Shown: piece by piece, positions 28,676 through 43,339 of the stretch
Position numbering within the stretch: the first letter of the stretch is position 1
How the letters are laid out: every line of letters begins with the position of its first letter
Assembly (NCBI GenBank): GCA_963693365.1
Contig: CAVNZM010000016.1
Coordinates: forward strand, 62,001 to 126,000
Source: Amoebidium appalachense
Lineage: Eukaryota; Protista; Ichthyosporea
Length of the DNA: 64,000 nt
Direction of reading: 5' to 3'
Program-made: the position numbers and the translations under genes
Notes under the pieces: generated by a model
Told to the model about the DNA's origin: nothing
The model's database searches: none
What the model saw: only the letters and a program-made list of their open reading frames with translations

Positions 28676-29103
28676 CGGTTAATAACGTGCAGGGGATTGA
28701 TGGGGGCCCAACCAAACTTTCCATTAGGCAGTGTCTCTGTGTGGGTGATGTAACAAAACCGGTCGGATTGTCCCCCTATTTCTGTGGGGAAAGTTATTAA
28801 CCGTTGCACGTCCATATTAGGCAAAATGCGCTATAATACGTGGGGAAAAGGGGGGGGTTCAACAGTTAATAACGTGCAGGGGTTTGATGGGAGCACAACC
28901 AAACTTTGCATTTTAGGGCAGTGTCTCTGTGTGGGGGGCTAACAAAACCGGTCGGACTGTCTCCCCATTTCTGTGGGGAAAGTTATTAACCGTTGTACGT
29001 CCATATTAGGCAAAATGCGCTATAATACATAGGGAAAAGGGGGGGTTGGGGGTTGGCAACAGTTAATAACGTGCAGGGGATTGATGGGAGCACAACCAAA
29101 CTT
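28676..29103. repeat. ~190-bp tandem repeat, ~2.3 copies
   Basis: gttaataacgtgcagggg at about 28678, 28865 and 29062. Confidence 0.9.
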
Positions 29104-29885
29104 TGGGAGGCCCTGGGCAATAAATTAGTACCCGGTTTACATTGGGGAGGCGTAATGGGCCGGGGGGGGTTTGAAACATGGAGAATTTATATATATACAT
29201 ATTTGGTTTGGGTTTGTGTGCTCGGGATAGGTACGATGACGTCATTACATCAGCAATCTTGCCGAAACATCCGGAACCCATAAAAGATACATTGAAGATA
29301 TCCATATACTCAAACCCATCCTGAACATAACCCTACATCCAGTTCATGGGTTTAAGATATGTAAATATAAATGGATATTAATCTTGGATATCTACGGCTA
29401 ATATGTATATAGATATCTGTTAAAACCCTGATATCCATTGGATAACTACTGTTAGGGATCCACTAGATATCCACGGGAAACGTGATATCCAGTGGATATC
29501 GAACACTAGATATGCAAATACACATGCACAACATATATAATGGATATGTGACGAAGGGACCCAGTGACAGGTAACCTGCCCAATATTATATCCAATGTGA
29601 TATGCACTACATATATATGTAACATGCTTAAAATGTGCACAAATGAGATCGAATGGATATACAGCTCAGGTTTCGAACCACATCTGGATATCAGCTAGAT
29701 ATGGAAATACATATGTAGATAGACATACAATTAGCATATAATACGTATCTATTATGGGACGATGAGACATCAGTCATGACATTCTATATGCGCATAACAC
29801 ATATTCAGAATTTATTAGCTGAATATGTATTCTATATTAGAAATGATATTGATTGTATACCACTTCTATATATACCTATATAGGT

Positions 29886-30080
29886 GGGGTTTACGCTGTT
29901 TACTCGAGGCAAAGAGAACCAGTCTCAGGTATGGGGGGGGGGGGTTTGCTCGGAATATCCCCTCAGCGGTATATCATGATCACGTACATAGATGTCGGGT
30001 GGTGACTATATATCAGGGTTTACTTTCTCTACGAGACACCATAAAGACTACAAGGAGAAATCAATTAGTTGGGGTTCCCC

Positions 30081-30125
<45 letters not shown>

Positions 30126-30157
30126 GGGCTCCCCTCGGGACACTCGGTATCAGCTGG

Positions 30158-30246
<89 letters not shown>

Positions 30247-33200
30247 TGCGCTATAATTTTGTAGTGATGTGTTTCTCAAGCCAATCAATACATCTAATAA
30301 ACAGGTCGTAGTTACGCGTGTTTAGTATAAAATCAAGGATGTTGTAATTTACAGGTAGGCTATCTTTCTGGGTGTCTGTTGTGAATGTGACGTGTGTGTG
30401 TTGCGGTATTATGTGGTCTATCAAACTACATTTGGCGATACATGACCGGTTAAACTGGTGTGTGTGTGTGTTGTTTGGGCATGCAAATGATGCCACCTTA
30501 TACTTATTAGATCTCCACTGTATAGCACGTGTACAGTAAAAGCGTGGTAATTGATCAATAATACCATCAGCTAGAGAAAGACCAGTTCTACAGGAAGGTA
30601 ATATGTATTTAGGTGTTATACACTTGCGAGTGCCATATTTGGCAATATGGTTGAGGCGGTCAGTATATATAAAACGAGACATAAGGCTTAGTTTTTCAAG
30701 GTGTATGCTTTCATCGGGTCTAGTGTCGTGTGGTATCTTTTTCCATTTGTTATATTGCGTGATTATCTTGTGATTGTGTACATGTTTAATAAGTAAGTGG
30801 CAGTCCAAAGTCACACACACACTATTGCGGGGTTTATTTGTATTTGTGCCCAGGGGAGAAGGGGAGAGAGAGGGGAGGAAAGAGGGGAGAGGTGAGGAGG
30901 GGACAGGTCGGATAGAGAAGAGAGGGTGGGAGGGCAAATACTTCTTTAAGCGGCTTATGTGCTTATTGAATTTCAGCGCGAGATAGGATACTCTAGCAGC
31001 TATTGGGACCAGACCATATATCGAGAGCGTTACAGGCCCAGGTTTACAACAGTTGTTAGATAGAAAGGAGGCAACTTCTGCTTCAAGGAAATTTGCCAGG
31101 GGTTTAAGCGCTCTAGTTCTCTCTTTCTTGATCCAAGCGGCGAGAAGGGGTAAACGGTTTAAAACCATATTCACATGCCGGGAAGACAAAAGTGCGAATA
31201 AATGTAAGTCTAATAGAAGGATGGAGGGGTGTGTCTTTAAAAATATTAGCCGAGAAGAAAGCTAACCGCTTACGAGCCAACTCTACCCTCTTTTCGACCA
31301 TATGGGGAAACATAACACCAACAGAATCAACCGGAACACCAAGATATTTGTATTCTGGAACTATAGGTACAGGTTTAGATGATAATGTAAATGTGTGTAA
31401 ATTGTTAGCTATATCAGGTACAAGAACACCACATTTGTCTATGTTAAGGATCATAAGGTTTGCCTTGCACCACTCTGACACTACATCGAACAATCTTTGC
31501 AGGCGTCTAGGGGTACGGGCAAGGAGGGACAGATCATCAGCATAGAGAAGTGCAGGCGGAAAGTTATTAATAGGGTCATCGTTTTCGGCGTAAATCTTGA
31601 CAGCCAAATCATCTATAAATAGGTTAAACAAAAAGGGGCTAAGCAATGAACCCTGCAAGAGACCTCTAGTACGAGCAAAACCATATGAAAGATGCCCATT
31701 AACCACAGCTCTACCATAGGTTTGAGACAAGAGTGCTTCTAACAGAACACCAATGCAGTGTGGTACACCCCGTGCAGCAAGCTTTTCCCATAGGAGACCA
31801 GGGGAGACAGAATCGTAAGCAGTTTTCCAATCAATAAAGCCAACATATTGTGCACCAACTTGCATAGAATCGTGCAGTGCCATTATTTGAACATAACATG
31901 AATTGTTTTTACGAAAAGCGGATTGGCATGGGTGTATGTGAAGAATAGATTGAAACCTAGGGTGATGTGCAAATAACCTAAGTAAGCAAGCTTCAAAGAA
32001 TCTACGAACAACCTGGGTTAGTGTAATGGGGCGAAAGGATGATATGGGGCCCTCAGAGTCCTTCTTAACTATGGGGATCACTAAGGTATCTAACCAAGAT
32101 GACGGGACATGTCCACATTTAACACACCAAGAAAAGAGAGAGCTTAACATGATAGTAAGATCAGGTTTAATAGCACGATCACTTTCCTTTTGTGGGTAGG
32201 AGGGAACAAGGATTTTAAGAAACCCAGCAGGGAGTCCATCAGGTCCACAAGACTTACTAGAGCTATAACTAGATATCACAGACCATATGGCATCGGGACT
32301 GAAAAAGGGGAGGATCGATTCTATGGGGATAGATGGGTCTACAGGCCACACAATAGGTTTCTGAGCGGGGGTCCTATCTTTAAACAGTTCCGAGAAATAC
32401 TTATCAGAGTCTATGAGGGGGTCTCCAGTGGTATCACCAATAATACGAGCAGGGGGGCCAAATCGATTCATACTAGCAAGCCGGCGCAAGCTTTCCTTTT
32501 GAGACAGGGGTTCACCTAGTCTAGCGGGAGTGGTGTTTGGTAACAAGAGAGCATCGGGATATTCCTTCCTACCACCGCCAGCATAATCACCGAGATCTAT
32601 CAAATCATCAACAATAAAGTTAGTGCATGTATCTAGTACGAGATGTGAATCTGGCCTGGCTTGTGCAGATTCTAATAGGCGCATATATATAGGGTGTTTC
32701 GTAGCATAGCATACACATACATCAACTCTACCCCACTGTGACTTAAGCTGGGATAGACGGAGGCGAAAGGTGGGAGGGGGGAGGGGGGAGCAGATCAAGG
32801 GAGATCTTAGGTAGGAAAAGGATAGGAGAGTGGTCAGATGACCTAGAGAGCTTAGGAGGGAGAGAGAGTTTTGACATGGTTGATGGCCAAAAGGCCACTC
32901 CCCAGTCGGTGTTGTGGGCATGGGATATTTGAGGGAACCGCAAAGTGTGACTTTGGACATACCTTGCTAAAGGGATAGCACGCTCCGGGGGCTTAGATGG
33001 GTACCCGACACTCACTTGCAGTGTGTCTGTGTGGTGGAGTCGCGTGTTAAAATCACCTAAAATAACAGTGGACATTGGTAACTGTGACAACTCGTGAGTC
33101 AATTCGACAACCGACATAGATGGTGGGTAATATACAAAAGTAAAAACATTAGAAAGAAACTCTATAGAAACCGAGAATTCCGTTTTTGCTACCGGTTTGC

Positions 33201-33340
33201 ACTTCACTCTCACGTGTGGTGCGGCAAGTACAATAATGCCTCGGTTTTTCGCGTAACCGGGGTGTGTGGATGTGTCGACCAATGTAGAGTTGAATTTGTG
33301 GTGGTTTTTAAACTGTGTTTCGCAAATCACTGTAAACGTG
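29886..33340 (-). mobile_element. Non-LTR retrotransposon copy B, 5'-truncated: ORF2, (CA)~42, 38-nt UTR, A40, 196-nt terminal module
   Basis: APE-RT ORF; TAGGT direct repeat at 29881-29885 and 33341-33345; similar GATAT-rich host DNA on both sides. Confidence 0.85.
30251..33340 (-). pseudogene. LINE ORF2 (APE endonuclease, RT, C-terminal domain), two frameshifts
   Basis: APE: CETQ, VYYPP, ILGDFN, SDHSPI. RT: GPDGL, FRPITL, QSAFR, FIDWKTAYDSV, GLLQGSLLSPFLFN, YADD, YKYLGV. Confidence 0.93.
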
Positions 33341-34298
33341 TAGGTATCTGAATATATAAATGATGTCTATATGGATATCTCTCTATCTATTCACCCCCCC
33401 CCCCCCCCCCCCCCCGGTTCCCCCACCCCCTTCCCCCCCCCCCCCCCCCCCCGTTGGGATGGTGACACATGTTCTATGACGGCTGCACACTAAAGGTTTT
33501 TCTTTAATTAATCATGCTCCCCAGGAGCATGTGACACAAACGCTGTTATCCAACTTCCAAACTTCTACATTTTCTATCGTATCAACATGCGCATTTATAA
33601 CTTCTACAAGAATAATTGCTTGTTTAGTTGATTACTAACCATAATACAATGACAACTACTTAGTCTAGTACTCCAATCTTTGCTCGTCGCCTTATTCCCC
33701 GCAGACTCTCTTGTGGCACTGATTCTTGTTCCTCGCTGTGGCTGTGGCTGCTGACGTCCTCAGGGTCGTTACTGGGTGGTGGGTCAATCACATGGCACTC
33801 CGTCAACACGCATGTCCTCGAGCTGCTCCCGCGTGGGGGGGGTGGGGGGGGGGGGGGGGGGGGGGGGTTAGTACATGTCATTCCCTCCCCTCGTGCAATT
33901 TGTAATAGGATATGGTTGCTGGAAGCCTCGACGTAACCCTTTACAAGTATAACGACTACTAAGGGATACATTGAGAACCAAAATACATTATTGTGCATAC
34001 ACACCCGGGCCCACTCACACCTACATGTGCGCACATACAGAGAGATGGGGGGGAATGGAGAGGTGGGAGAACAGGAGTTTGGGGGGGGGGGGGGGGGGGG
34101 GGGGGGGATGGTGATCAACGACATATATACACAATGTTTATACATATATATAGCACACACACACACACACTGATGCACACTACACCCACACACACAGAAC
34201 ACGATGCACCAAAGTAACCAAGTGAGTGGGAAGAGAGATCAGCAAACAGCAAATTAGTTTATGATAGAACTTAAGGCAAGGTGGATGGGAAGCTGTGT

Positions 34299-34335
<37 letters not shown>

Positions 34336-35845
34336 TTTCTTTTTTTTTTTTTGGGGGGGGGGGGGGTACCAGTGACGTGGAATTGTTATGTCGGAATGTC
34401 GAGGTTGGCAGTCATGTACCAGCACCGAACAATCTTGCGGTCAGCCATGTGCGCTGCTGCTGCTTGCTAGAAGACTCACCCGAGTGCACCATCTCCCACC
34501 TGCACGGGGAAAGTGAAGCGTGACCAGTGAGAAGGAGGAAAAGTGAGAGGCAGTTTGAAACAGGAAATAAGGGGAATAACCTTGTCCATTATGTTATAGC
34601 TGAAAAGTTTGTTTTTTTTTTGGGCGGGGGGGGGGGGGGGGGGGGGGGGGGACAAAACGCCCATGAGGTTTAACACGAAAACAATCAAAAGGACAGAATC
34701 TTACATTGTCATACCTACAGCAGCACTCTAAACTTTCGATGCAAGCAAGTGGTTACCGACTAACCTCGTATGTGTCAGTGGGGTACGTTGCGTGCAACGT
34801 GTAGGAGTGGGCGCTAACAGACCTTATCACACAGGTAAAAAGTCAAACGTGCACATGTCATGATAGATGGGTGCCCCACTACACATGCTGGGCAATAAGG
34901 ACGGCACACATTTGTTAAAACAATGAAACAAAGGAGGGCATAACCTTCCAACAATGGTTGCCGAGAAGTTTTGTATGCACCAGCCCTTATGAACTAAGAG
35001 ACTTGTAGAAACTGCCGAAAACATGGCTTGGCACACAATGATGCAGAATGCGCGCTTTTTGCCCTGTGTTTACCTGCACAAAACTAAAAGTGCTGACAGG
35101 CTGACCTACAGAAGAGCTCAACCACTATACCATAAACGATAAGTGCAAGGTCCCTTAGGGCTCTTTGTTGCAAGAACGTTTTCACAAAAAGCGGCATTGC
35201 CAAGAACCAACATCAAAAGGTGCCAGCCCAAGCTGGGCATAACCCAGGCAGTAAAAACCTACCTCCTTGCTGCTCGGTTTAGAAGCTGTCATTCTAAAAG
35301 CAAGCGGCCGTTAGCCTCTGTCAGAGAGGATGGTGCCTCTGTCAGAGAGGATGGTGCCCTGCATGTGAAAGAGGAGAGCAAAGGTGAAAATAACTCTTGA
35401 AAGTATCATCCTGTTATGCAGATGTGAGCACAGAGGGCACAAAAAAGCTGCAGTGTGACAGAAAGTAAAACTGCGACAGCATGCACCAGTTGCGGCAGGA
35501 AAGACCAAGAAGAAAGGAGGGCTACAGCAAGGAAGAAAAGCAAGAATAGAACGTTGCACAGAAGCCCAGTCCTTCAGCAAACAGGTAGACGCAACAGTCG
35601 CATAAGCATCTGTACTAACCTGCACAGCCTGTAGCTCTGAAAACATCGTCTAGTTAGCTTACAAGCCACGGGTGCAATTGAAAGGAGTTACAGCTCAGAC
35701 TTCTTGAACAGCGGAAGTGCAAGTGAAAACTGACCTCCGAAGGGTGGGAAAAAAACTGTCATAACGGACAATCATTAATGATTGGAGAAGACCAATCAAG
35801 AAACAGGAGCATAATCGGTCCAAATTATCCATAATGTGACTAATG

Positions 35846-35882
<37 letters not shown>

Positions 35883-36077
35883 GGGGAACCCCAACTAATT
35901 GATTTCTCCTTGTAGTCTTTATGGTGTCTCGTAGAGAAAGTAAACCCTGATATATAGTCACCACCCGACATCTATGTACGTGATCATGATATACCGCTGA
36001 GGGGATATTCCGAGCAAAACCCCCCCCCCATACCTGAGACTGGTTCTCTTTGCCTCGAGTAAACAGCGTAAACCCCC
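35846..36077 (+). mobile_element. A36 plus ~196-nt module; minimal insertion of the LINE 3' end
   Basis: Near-exact reverse complement of 29886-30121, flanked by CTAATGAA at 35840-35847 and 36078-36085. Confidence 0.85.
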
Positions 36078-36721
36078 CTAATGAATACCAATCACACACC
36101 CGAACAAAAATCGGTTCAATCTGATTATCATTAATCAGATTACAAAACACCAATCACGCAGCAGGACAAGCATGGTGGTTCGAATCCGATGAGTAAAGCC
36201 GATAATCCCTCCATGCGTTCTACATACATCAAAGCTGTAATATATTTATATTATAGAATATAGATATATAAACATATATAAATATATATCATAAATTATA
36301 TTTATATATATTTATATATATGAATACACATATAATTTAAATACATATATCATGATATCTGTGCACACGGTGCGGCTGGCGGACGATGATCCGGATATCC
36401 CTGGTATTCGATATCAAGTATATATTGTTAGTGCGCGCATGCATGCACTGTACCGTAAACGGTACGCCCGCACCGTGCAGCTGCAGTACATGCATATGCA
36501 CTCAGGTTGTTCCCCCGGCCATGGCCAGCCCCCCCCCACCCCCCCCCCCCCCCTCCATTTTTATATTAATTAAAACAATGTGCACGTGCATGCTTCACCG
36601 ACTGGCCGGCGCGCGCCATGGCATGTGTACGTATACGCTAGTACTAATTAGCACTGTGCACATATATTATCATAAAGAAGCAAGGATATTCATTTACGTG
36701 CATACAGCACATCCATACATG

Positions 36722-36755
<34 letters not shown>

Positions 36756-37119
36756 TATGATGCACGTATGCGTTCCCGCACTGTCAACGACACACACACA
36801 TCGTCGACATATGCATGCACGCGTACGTCTGCATATGATGCGCACGCGCGCACTTTAATACACACACAGAAATTAAAACCCACGCGCACCGTACACGCGT
36901 GGCACACTCACATACACGTGTGCACGGACGCACGCGCACCCCTTACCCCCCCCCCCCCCCTGGGGCTCCATCCCTCCAGCAGTGTCCACGCAATAAAAAG
37001 TGTGTAAACCCCCACCCCCCCCCCCCCCTCCCCCCCTCCCCCTCCCCCCCCCTCCCCCCCCCCCCCCCCCCCCAAACAAAGCAACACCTCCTCTCCCCTA
37101 TCCCGACACACACACATAC

Positions 37120-37324
37120 CTGCAACATGAACGTACGGTTCTTGTTTGTCATACGATATGGTAGCTTGCAGTAATGCTTGTGTGCCCGTTCATAGCCCTC
37201 AGCTGTCTCTACAGAACCAAAAAGGCGGGTGTCGTCGCTGCAATGGTCCCCGGCATGGAATTTGCTTGACTTGAGGTCGTTCTCAGATGAACAATGAAAG
37301 CAGTCGTGCGCAGACTTGGCCATA
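37120..37324 (-). pseudogene. Plavaka-like transposase exon (inverted duplicate)
   Basis: MAKSAHDCF..SKFHAGDH...RLFG..E.YERAHKHYCKLPYRMTNKNRTFMLQ|GTATGT. Confidence 0.6.
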
Positions 37325-37657
37325 GTGCGGGGGGGGGGGGGGGGGGGAGGGGGGCGGGAGCCCCAGGGGGGGGGGAGGGGGGGTAAGGGGTTGGTGTCAA
37401 CCGTGGCACTGGATATCCATTTGAGCATACTCTATACGGGTAATTGTTCCTAAAACCATATGCATTGTAGCTCTAATTGTACATTAGGATGATTGATCTC
37501 CTTTGTATATCCTAACGGTTATGTAGTGTATGTACGTTGGACATGTAAGGATATTTATATAGATATCACGCGTGATCACCATTGGCCATCGAATCTATGT
37601 CCATTGGATTCTGTGTTCCTGCAGCTGGCAATGTGCGTGCCTCTCGCGCGCGCCCGC

Positions 37658-37743
<86 letters not shown>

Positions 37744-37745
37744 CT

Positions 37746-37858
<113 letters not shown>

Positions 37859-37900
37859 TGTGTGTTCTTCGTGTGTGTGTGTGTTCTTCGTGTGTGTGCC

Positions 37901-37938
<38 letters not shown>

Positions 37939-38011
37939 CTCGTGTTTGTGTGTGTGTGTGTGTGTGTGTGTCCCAGAATGTTTGTGTGTTTGTGTGTGTG
38001 TGTTTGTTGGT

Positions 38012-38051
<40 letters not shown>

Positions 38052-38133
38052 GGAAAAGGGGAAGGGTGAGGGGGGGGGGGGACCACCTTCATAATATCTC
38101 TGTACTCGTTCGCACACCCCCCCCCCCCCCCCC

Positions 38134-38205
<72 letters not shown>

Positions 38206-38207
38206 CT

Positions 38208-38328
<121 letters not shown>

Positions 38329-38403
38329 GAATGTTTGTGTGTGTGTGTATGTGTGTGTGTGTGTGTATGTGTGTGTGTGTATTCTTCGTGTGTGTGCCTT
38401 GTA

Positions 38404-38444
<41 letters not shown>

Positions 38445-38659
38445 CTCGTGTTTGTGTGTGTGTGTGTGTGTGTGTGTCCCAGAATGTTTGTATGTTTGTG
38501 TGTGTGTGTTTGTTGGTGGGGGGGGGGGGGGAGGGGGAGGGGGGGGGGGGGGGGGGAGGGAGGAAAAGGGGAAGGGTGAGGGGGGGGGGGGGGGACCACC
38601 TTCACAATATCTCTGTACTCGTTCGCACCCCCCCCCCCCCCCCCCCCCCCCCCCCAGTG

Positions 38660-38798
<139 letters not shown>

Positions 38799-38904
38799 TG
38801 GGTGGGTGGGTGGGCTGGTGTGGGTGTGACTGTGGGTGTGGGCCGTGTGTCGTCACACACGTCAGGGGGGTGTCACAGGGTTGTGCTTGTGTTACGGTTT
38901 GTAT

Positions 38905-39690
38905 TTCCCCATCAAGCCCCCCTGCATTTCCACCCGGCGGGTGCGTTCTTCCTTATATATGCACTCATGTGGCTAGGTGCATTTTTGTTGCCACCCACGA
39001 ACCAATGGCCTGGGAGCATCCATCTTTTGGGAATAGCAGCATATAGGTACTAGGGAGGTGTGGGCCAAGTTACAGGGCTGCAACCAAAATACCAAAAAAC
39101 AACCCCTACAATTACACCCGTAAATGTGTTTTTTTCCACATGTGCAACATCAACTACTCAGGGCACCCCCAAATAATGAATATAACGTGTTCCACAAGCA
39201 AGTAGCAGTTGAAACTTGGTACAAAGTAGGAAATGGGTGCTAGGAACGTGTGCACCGAGTTTTAGCCGTACACCACAAAACCCCATCAAGCCCCCCCACT
39301 TTCCCACCCGGCGGGTACGCTTTTCCTATATGTGCCTTCATATGGCTAGGTGCACTTTTGTTGCCACCCACGAACCAATGGCCTGGGAGCATCCATCTTT
39401 TGGGAATTGCAGCATATAGGTCACTAGGGAGGTGTGGGCCAAGTTACAGGGCTGCAGCCAAAATACCAAACCCCCCCCCCCTACGTTTACACCCGCGAAT
39501 GTTATTTTTCCTACATGTGCAACATCAACTACTCAGGGCACCACCAAATAATGAATAACACGTGTTCCACGTGCAAGTAGCAGTTGACACTTGGTATAAA
39601 GTAGCATATGGGTGCTAGGAACGTGTGCACCAATTTTTAGCCGTGCACCACAAAACCCCACCAAGCCCCCCCACTTTCCCACCCGGCGGT
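38905..39690. repeat. ~375-bp tandem duplication
   Basis: gccacccacgaaccaatggcctgggagcatccatcttttgggaat at ~38990 and ~39363. Confidence 0.9.
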
Positions 39691-39792
39691 CCCCCCCCCC
39701 CCCCCCCCTCACCCTTCCCCTTTTCCTCCCCCCCCCCCCCCCCCCCCCGCCCACCAACAAACACGCACACACACACACACAAACATTCTGGG

Positions 39793-39823
<31 letters not shown>

Positions 39824-39826
39824 CGA

Positions 39827-39882
<56 letters not shown>

Positions 39883-39956
39883 GGCACACACACGAAGAAC
39901 ACACACACACACATACACACACACACACACACACACATGCACACACACAAACATTC

Positions 39957-39992
<36 letters not shown>

Positions 39993-40023
39993 ACACACAC
40001 ACATACACACGCACACACGAGAG

Positions 40024-40165
<142 letters not shown>

Positions 40166-40456
40166 AGGCACACACATTGCCAGCTGCAGGAACACAGAAT
40201 CAAGTGGACATAGATTCGATGGCCAATGGTGATCACGTGTGATATCTATATAAATATCCTTACATGTCCAACGTACATACACTACATAACCAACAGGATA
40301 TACAAAGGAGATCAATCATCCTAATGTACAATTAGAGCTACAATGCATATGGTTTTGGGAACAATTACCCGTATAGAGTATGCTCAAATGGATATCCAGT
40401 GCCACGGTTGACACCAAACCCCCCTCCCCCCCCCTCTTCCCCCCCCCCCCCGGCAG

Positions 40457-40661
40457 TATGGCCAAGTCTGCGTACGACTGCTTTCATTGTTCATCTGAGA
40501 ACGACCTCAAGTCAAGCAAATTCCATGCCGGGGACCATTGCAGCGACGACACCCGCCTTTTTGGTCCTGTAGAGACAGTTGAGGGCTATGAACGGGCACA
40601 CAAGCATTAATGCAAGCTATCATATCGTATGACAAACAAGAACCGTACGTTCATGTTGCAG
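40457..40661 (+). pseudogene. Plavaka-like transposase exon with TAC>TAA stop
   Basis: Poly-C..CAG| acceptor and CAG|GTATGT donor; same borders as 28185-28393. Confidence 0.65.
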
Positions 40662-40799
40662 GTATGTGTGTGTGTGTTTGTGTTTGTGTGTGTGTGTGTG
40701 TGTGCGCGCGCGCGCGCGCGCGCGTGTGTGTGTGTGCCTCGTGCTTGTGTGTGTGTGTGTGTGCCTCGTCACGGTGCTTGTGTGTGTATGTGTGTGTGT

Positions 40800-40858
<59 letters not shown>

Positions 40859-40862
40859 TGTG

Positions 40863-40895
<33 letters not shown>

Positions 40896-40937
40896 TGTGT
40901 GTGTGCCTCTTGTTTGTGTGTGTGTGTGTGTGCCTCG

Positions 40938-40984
<47 letters not shown>

Positions 40985-41129
40985 TGTGTGCCTCGTGCTT
41001 GTGTGTGTGTGTGTGTGTGCCTCGTCACGGTGCTTGTGTGTGTGTGCCTCGTGCTTGTGTGTGTGTGTGTGTGTGTGCCTCGTCACGGTGCTTGTGTGTG
41101 TATGTGTGTGTGTGTGTATGTGTGTGTGT

Positions 41130-41168
<39 letters not shown>

Positions 41169-41172
41169 TGTG

Positions 41173-41242
<70 letters not shown>

Positions 41243-41273
41243 AGAATGTGTGTGTGTGTTTGTGTGCCTCGTG

Positions 41274-41358
<85 letters not shown>

Positions 41359-41383
41359 AGAATGTGTGTATGTGTGTGTGTGC

Positions 41384-41465
<82 letters not shown>

Positions 41466-42121
41466 TGTGCCTCGTGCTTGTGTGTGTGTGTGTGTGTGTG
41501 CCTCGTCACGGTGCTTGTGTGTGTGTGCCTCGTGCTTGTGTGTGTGTGTGTGTGTGTGCCTCGTCACGGTGCTTGTGTGTGTGTGCCTCGTGCTTGTGTG
41601 TGTGTGTGTGTGTGTGCCTTTTTATTTTTTTATTTTATCCCGTTTCACTCCCGGCGAGGCACTGCCTCAGGGGAGCTTACCGTCTTCCGCCTAGACACAG
41701 ATCGTACTGTATAGCACACTCATAAGTCAGGATTCTAATTGACCCCAACTGGCACTATTTTTAGTTACGCCTTATCCCACGGTTCTAGCCGCAGCAACGC
41801 TAGTGGGGAAATGAGCACAGCTCACTTTAACAACACCAGCCGGGAGCGACCCGGGACACATACACAAACATAAAGACTTGAAAGGGAAGACCCCATGCCC
41901 AGGACGCTGACCCGAACCGTGGCCGGTGACTCGGATTGGTCTCCCACTTGAACGTTGGGCCGGGATGCCCAAGCGGCGCGCCGTCGACGTCAGAGGGCCG
42001 GTGCTGTTCATGACGTCATGTCTTACGGCCGGGTGATAACAAATTGGTGGTGCTGCTTTGACGTGGTCTGGGGTGATGGCTTCTACGGCCAGACCGGTGA
42101 ACCGTCGAGGCAGAAAAAAAT

Positions 42122-42190
42122 CGGAAGTAACCAGGATCGATCCTGCGACTTTGAGCTTGACACGCAGAGATCTTACCATTGCACCAACCC
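42122..42190 (-). pseudogene. tRNA-like remnant or SINE head (possible GTC anticodon)
   Basis: Box A TGGTGCAATGG, box-B-like GGATCGATCC, followed by T7; stems imperfect. Confidence 0.45.
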
Positions 42191-42320
42191 GCCCCCCTGT
42201 GTGTGTGTGCCTCGTTACGGTGCTTGTGTGTGTGTGCCTCGTGCTTGTGTGTGTGTGTGTGTGTGTGCCTCGTCACGGTGCTTGTATGTGTGTGTGTGTG
42301 TGTGTGTGTGTGCCTCGTGC

Positions 42321-42416
<96 letters not shown>

Positions 42417-42449
42417 CTCGTGGTTGTGTGTGTGTGTGTGTGTGTGTGC

Positions 42450-42497
<48 letters not shown>

Positions 42498-42530
42498 CTC
42501 GTGGTTGTGTGTGTGTGTGTGTGTGTGTGC

Positions 42531-42578
<48 letters not shown>

Positions 42579-42713
42579 CACTGTGCTTGTGTGTGTGTGT
42601 GTGTGTGTGTGTGTGGTATGAATCCTTTTTAGTCCCCTCAGGCGTTGTGTGTATGTACTGTGTGTATAGGTCCCACATTCTTGCACACGTTCTGTTGCTT
42701 TCTGCTTTCTCAG

Positions 42714-42945
42714 GTAGCAACCAAGGTACGGCGTTGGGATGCCCTGGATTTGCGTAGGACCATCATCATGGGTCTGGAGGAGGAGAGGGGGGCCAATTTA
42801 ATTGTGGAAGACGAGGCCCCCGATGTTTCTTTGGAGGAGCTGTTGGAGGCGGTGGAGGGGGAGGATGTAGGGATCCCATTCCCTCAGACTGATGATGGAG
42901 AAGAAGACAACCTCAGGGACACCGAGGACGGCGTTATCATGCAAG
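42714..42945 (+). pseudogene. Next exon of the Plavaka-like gene (VATKVRRWDAL... acidic tract)
   Basis: Pyrimidine tract + CAG|, phase 0 matching the donor at 40661; ends AAG|GTAACT. Confidence 0.6.
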
Positions 42946-42976
42946 GTAACTTTTTTTTTATGTTACCCCCCCCCCC

Positions 42977-43047
<71 letters not shown>

Positions 43048-43139
43048 CTCGTGTGTGTGTGTGTTTGTGGGTGACACTGTGTGTGTGTGTGTGTGTGTGT
43101 GTGCCTCGTGTGTGTGTGTGTTTGTGGGTGACACTGTGT

Positions 43140-43235
<96 letters not shown>

Positions 43236-43339
43236 CTCATGTGTGTGTGTGTTTGTCACTAAACTATATTTTTTCTTTTTTTTTTCCTTCCTCTTTTTAT
43301 CTATTTCTTCCCCTTGATTTGTGGAACCGAGTATAACGT

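Noticed and set aside
30159-30242. (CA)n as the LINE 3' tail or target site
   Set aside because: Unique UTR and poly(A) follow it, so it is internal to the 3' UTR.
34700-35700. Possible host gene
   Set aside because: Coding-like composition, but stops in the frames examined and no recognisable motif.
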